From NCBI GenBank assembly GCA_027365345.1, contig DAHXNO010000186.1:17559-81558 (forward strand): a DNA stretch of 64,000 bases, given 5' to 3'. Both the position numbers and the translations under genes were made by a program. The DNA is from Granulicella sp. (GTDB taxonomy: Bacteria; Acidobacteriota; Terriglobia; Terriglobales; Acidobacteriaceae). The notes below the pieces were generated by a model. It saw only the letters and a list, made by a program, of their open reading frames with translations. It did no database searches and was not told the DNA's origin. Numbering within the stretch: position 1 is the first letter of the stretch; each line of letters begins with the position of its first letter. Below, piece by piece: positions 61,860 through 64,000 of the stretch.

Positions 61860-62333
61860 ATGGACCAGATTTCCAAGTTGGCCGAAGAGCAAGCCAGGCG
61901 GTCTGGCAGACCGCCCAGCCCCAAGCCGTTGCGCCGTGTGGTTGCAGCCCTTATCTTGCGCGGTGAGGGTCCGGATCGTGAGATCTTCATCTGTCAGCGG
62001 CGGGCCGGGCAGCCCATGGGCCTGAAATGGGAGTTTCCGGGGGGAAAGATTGAACCTGGCGAGACCTCTGAGCAAGCTCTGATCCGCGAACTCAACGAAG
62101 AACTTGGGATCACGGCTACCATCAGCGACCGGATCACCACCGTGCATCACAGCTACCGCAATGGCAGCGCGATTGAAATTGAGTTCTTCCTGGTCCGGGA
62201 CTTCGAGGGCGAGTTTGTGAACCACGTGTTCCAGCAGATGCGCTGGGCTCCCATCGCGAGCCTGCCCAACTACGACTTCCTCGCCGCCGACCTGACCCTT
62301 ATCCGCGACATCGCCTCCGGGAAACTTCTCTAA
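61860..62333 (+). CDS. Nudix hydrolase, MutT/NudG-like
   Basis: KWEFPGGKIEPGETSEQALIRELNEELG Nudix box; FLAAD. Confidence 0.9.
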   Translation: MDQISKLAEEQARRSGRPPSPKPLRRVVAALILRGEGPDREIFICQRRAGQPMGLKWEFPGGKIEPGETSEQALIRELNEELGITATISDRITTVHHSYRNGSAIEIEFFLVRDFEGEFVNHVFQQMRWAPIASLPNYDFLAADLTLIRDIASGKLL

Positions 62334-62672
62334 CCGCGGAGCGGTGCAGACACGGATTTGATATGGCGTGAGACAAACGCCTGAAAAGGGGATGTTTCGC
62401 CAGGAAGAGAAGAACGGGGAACGGTTTCGGCTGGCAGCCCGATTCCAGCTTGCCTGGCATGCGATATCGGCACGCGGTCTGGGCGTGCGGTCTGGATACT
62501 CGGTCTGCCGAGCGATAGCATGCGAAGCCTGGGTAGCGAAGGAAGGACCGCCCAATCCGCTGAGCGGCATTTTGGGGCAGAATCTCCGTATACCCTTCGG
62601 GCTTGGCTGCTGAGATTCCGAGGAGCATGCTGCCATCGGCCCACTCCGAGGCATCCATCCACAGGAAACGGT

Positions 62673-63941
62673 CTAAGTCTTGGCCCCAGCCAACTGCGCC
62701 ACCTGCTGCCACAACATCATCAGTGTCAACCCGACCATGATCACTGTGGTGGCCCACGCCGTCCAGTTGAACCACGCAGAGTTGGTGTGATTTCCCATCA
62801 GCCTCTTGTTATTCACCAGCTTCAGCATGAAGTAGAGCACAAACGGCAGCAGCACTCCGTTGAGCACCTGGCTCAAAATCGTCATCATCACCAGAGGGAA
62901 GTTTGGAATGAGCACCACAGCCGCGCCGGCAGCAATCAGCAGGGTATACAACCAGTAGAAGAACGGGGCCTGGCGGAACTTCTTGTCCACGCCGCTCTCA
63001 AATCCCAACCCTTCACACACGCTGTACGCAGTGGAGATCGGCAATACGCTGGCCGCAAAGAACGATGCGTTGAACAGTCCGGCGGCAAAGAGAATGTAGG
63101 CAAAGTCACCAGCCAGCGGCCGCATGGCCTGGGCAGCGTCTGACGGCACATTGATGTTCTGCATCCCATGCACCCAGAGGGTTGCCGCACAGGCCACAAT
63201 GATGAACCACGCGACGATATCGGTGAAGAAGCACCCGACAATCACGTCCAGCCGGGACGCGCCGTACTCTTTGACGGACACTCCCTTTTCTACCACGGAG
63301 GACTGCAAATAGAACTGCATCCAGGGCGCAATGGTGGTCCCAACCACCCCCACCACCATGTACACGTAATTGTGGTCCTGCCACACCCTCCTTCCCGGCA
63401 CTTTGATGGTCTCAATCAGAGCAGCATGCCAGTCCGGCTGCGCCAGTACACCCGCGGCGATGTAGCAGATATAAAATACGCTGGCGACCAGAAAGATCTT
63501 CTCGACGCTCTTGTAGTCTCCCTTGACGACCAGCGCCCATACAGCCGCCGCGCAGATCGGCACGCTGACATATTTGCTCACATGGAACAGTTGCAGAGAC
63601 CCGGCGATGCCGGAGAACTCCGCAATCACGTTGCCGAAGTTGACCACCACCAGCAGCACCATCATCACAAACGTCATGCGCAGGCCGAACTCTTCACGAA
63701 TCAGGTCACTGAGTCCCTTTCCCGTCACCACTCCCATGCGCGCGCACATCTCCTGCACCACGATGAGGGCTAAGGTGACCGGCAGCATGGTCCACAGCAG
63801 GTGGTATCCATACTGGGCTCCCGCCTGGGAGTAGGTGAGGATTCCACCCGCATCGTTGTCCACGTTCGCCGTGATAAATCCCGGCCCCAGCACCGCAAAA
63901 AACAGCAGGATGCTGGTCCGGTAACGCTTCCAGAAGCTCAC
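62673..63941 (-). CDS. NRAMP/SLC11-family divalent cation transporter, NRMT-like
   Basis: GPGFITANVDNDAGG (TM1) and GTTIAPWMQF (TM6) replace the canonical DPGN/MPH motifs; start uncertain (63941-63989). Confidence 0.82.
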   Translation of the reverse strand: MSFWKRYRTSILLFFAVLGPGFITANVDNDAGGILTYSQAGAQYGYHLLWTMLPVTLALIVVQEMCARMGVVTGKGLSDLIREEFGLRMTFVMMVLLVVVNFGNVIAEFSGIAGSLQLFHVSKYVSVPICAAAVWALVVKGDYKSVEKIFLVASVFYICYIAAGVLAQPDWHAALIETIKVPGRRVWQDHNYVYMVVGVVGTTIAPWMQFYLQSSVVEKGVSVKEYGASRLDVIVGCFFTDIVAWFIIVACAATLWVHGMQNINVPSDAAQAMRPLAGDFAYILFAAGLFNASFFAASVLPISTAYSVCEGLGFESGVDKKFRQAPFFYWLYTLLIAAGAAVVLIPNFPLVMMTILSQVLNGVLLPFVLYFMLKLVNNKRLMGNHTNSAWFNWTAWATTVIMVGLTLMMLWQQVAQLAGAKT

Positions 63942-64000
63942 ACTCACACCGCCAAAATAGAACGTTTGCGGCACGCAGCCGCTCCACACATCGCTAAGCA

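Overview
GC-rich bacterial chromosomal window. The gene set and order point to Acidobacteriota (Acidobacteriaceae/Terriglobales-like); this is an inference. Most of it is housekeeping: hopanoid genes (hpnD/hpnC plus a Zn-dehydrogenase; an HpnI-like GT elsewhere), mlaEF, ftsB, bioY, mqnD, two tRNAs, gmk-rpoZ-UDG, lptA-like/lptB-rpoN-hpf-rapZ-msbA, recO-glyQS, ferredoxin, suhB, an Hfq-like gene, a moaD-moaE fusion, mscL, an M28 peptidase, argJ, peroxiredoxin, aceE, Wzi-like and PNGase A-like genes, the dnaK/dnaJ/hspR heat-shock locus, transporters, a LarA-family gene, HAD, Nudix and an NRAMP-family transporter. One accessory islet (about 8.6-13.9 kb) lies between two inward-pointing tRNAs. It carries a PadR/DUF2202 module and a BsuBI/PstI-type restriction-modification pair whose nuclease has a single in-frame amber stop near the apparent domain boundary. 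The other best leads are: a dnaK-[85-aa orphan]-dnaJ-[antisense SDR]-hspR arrangement with a HAIR-like operator and no grpE; a peroxiredoxin coupled to a small MAC-start winged-helix protein; a degenerate E1-alpha lacking the TPP motif next to aceE; and small ORFs missed or unexplained by the ORF track. No CRISPR array, rRNA, integrase or transposase was seen. All family assignments come from motif recognition by eye; no searches were run.
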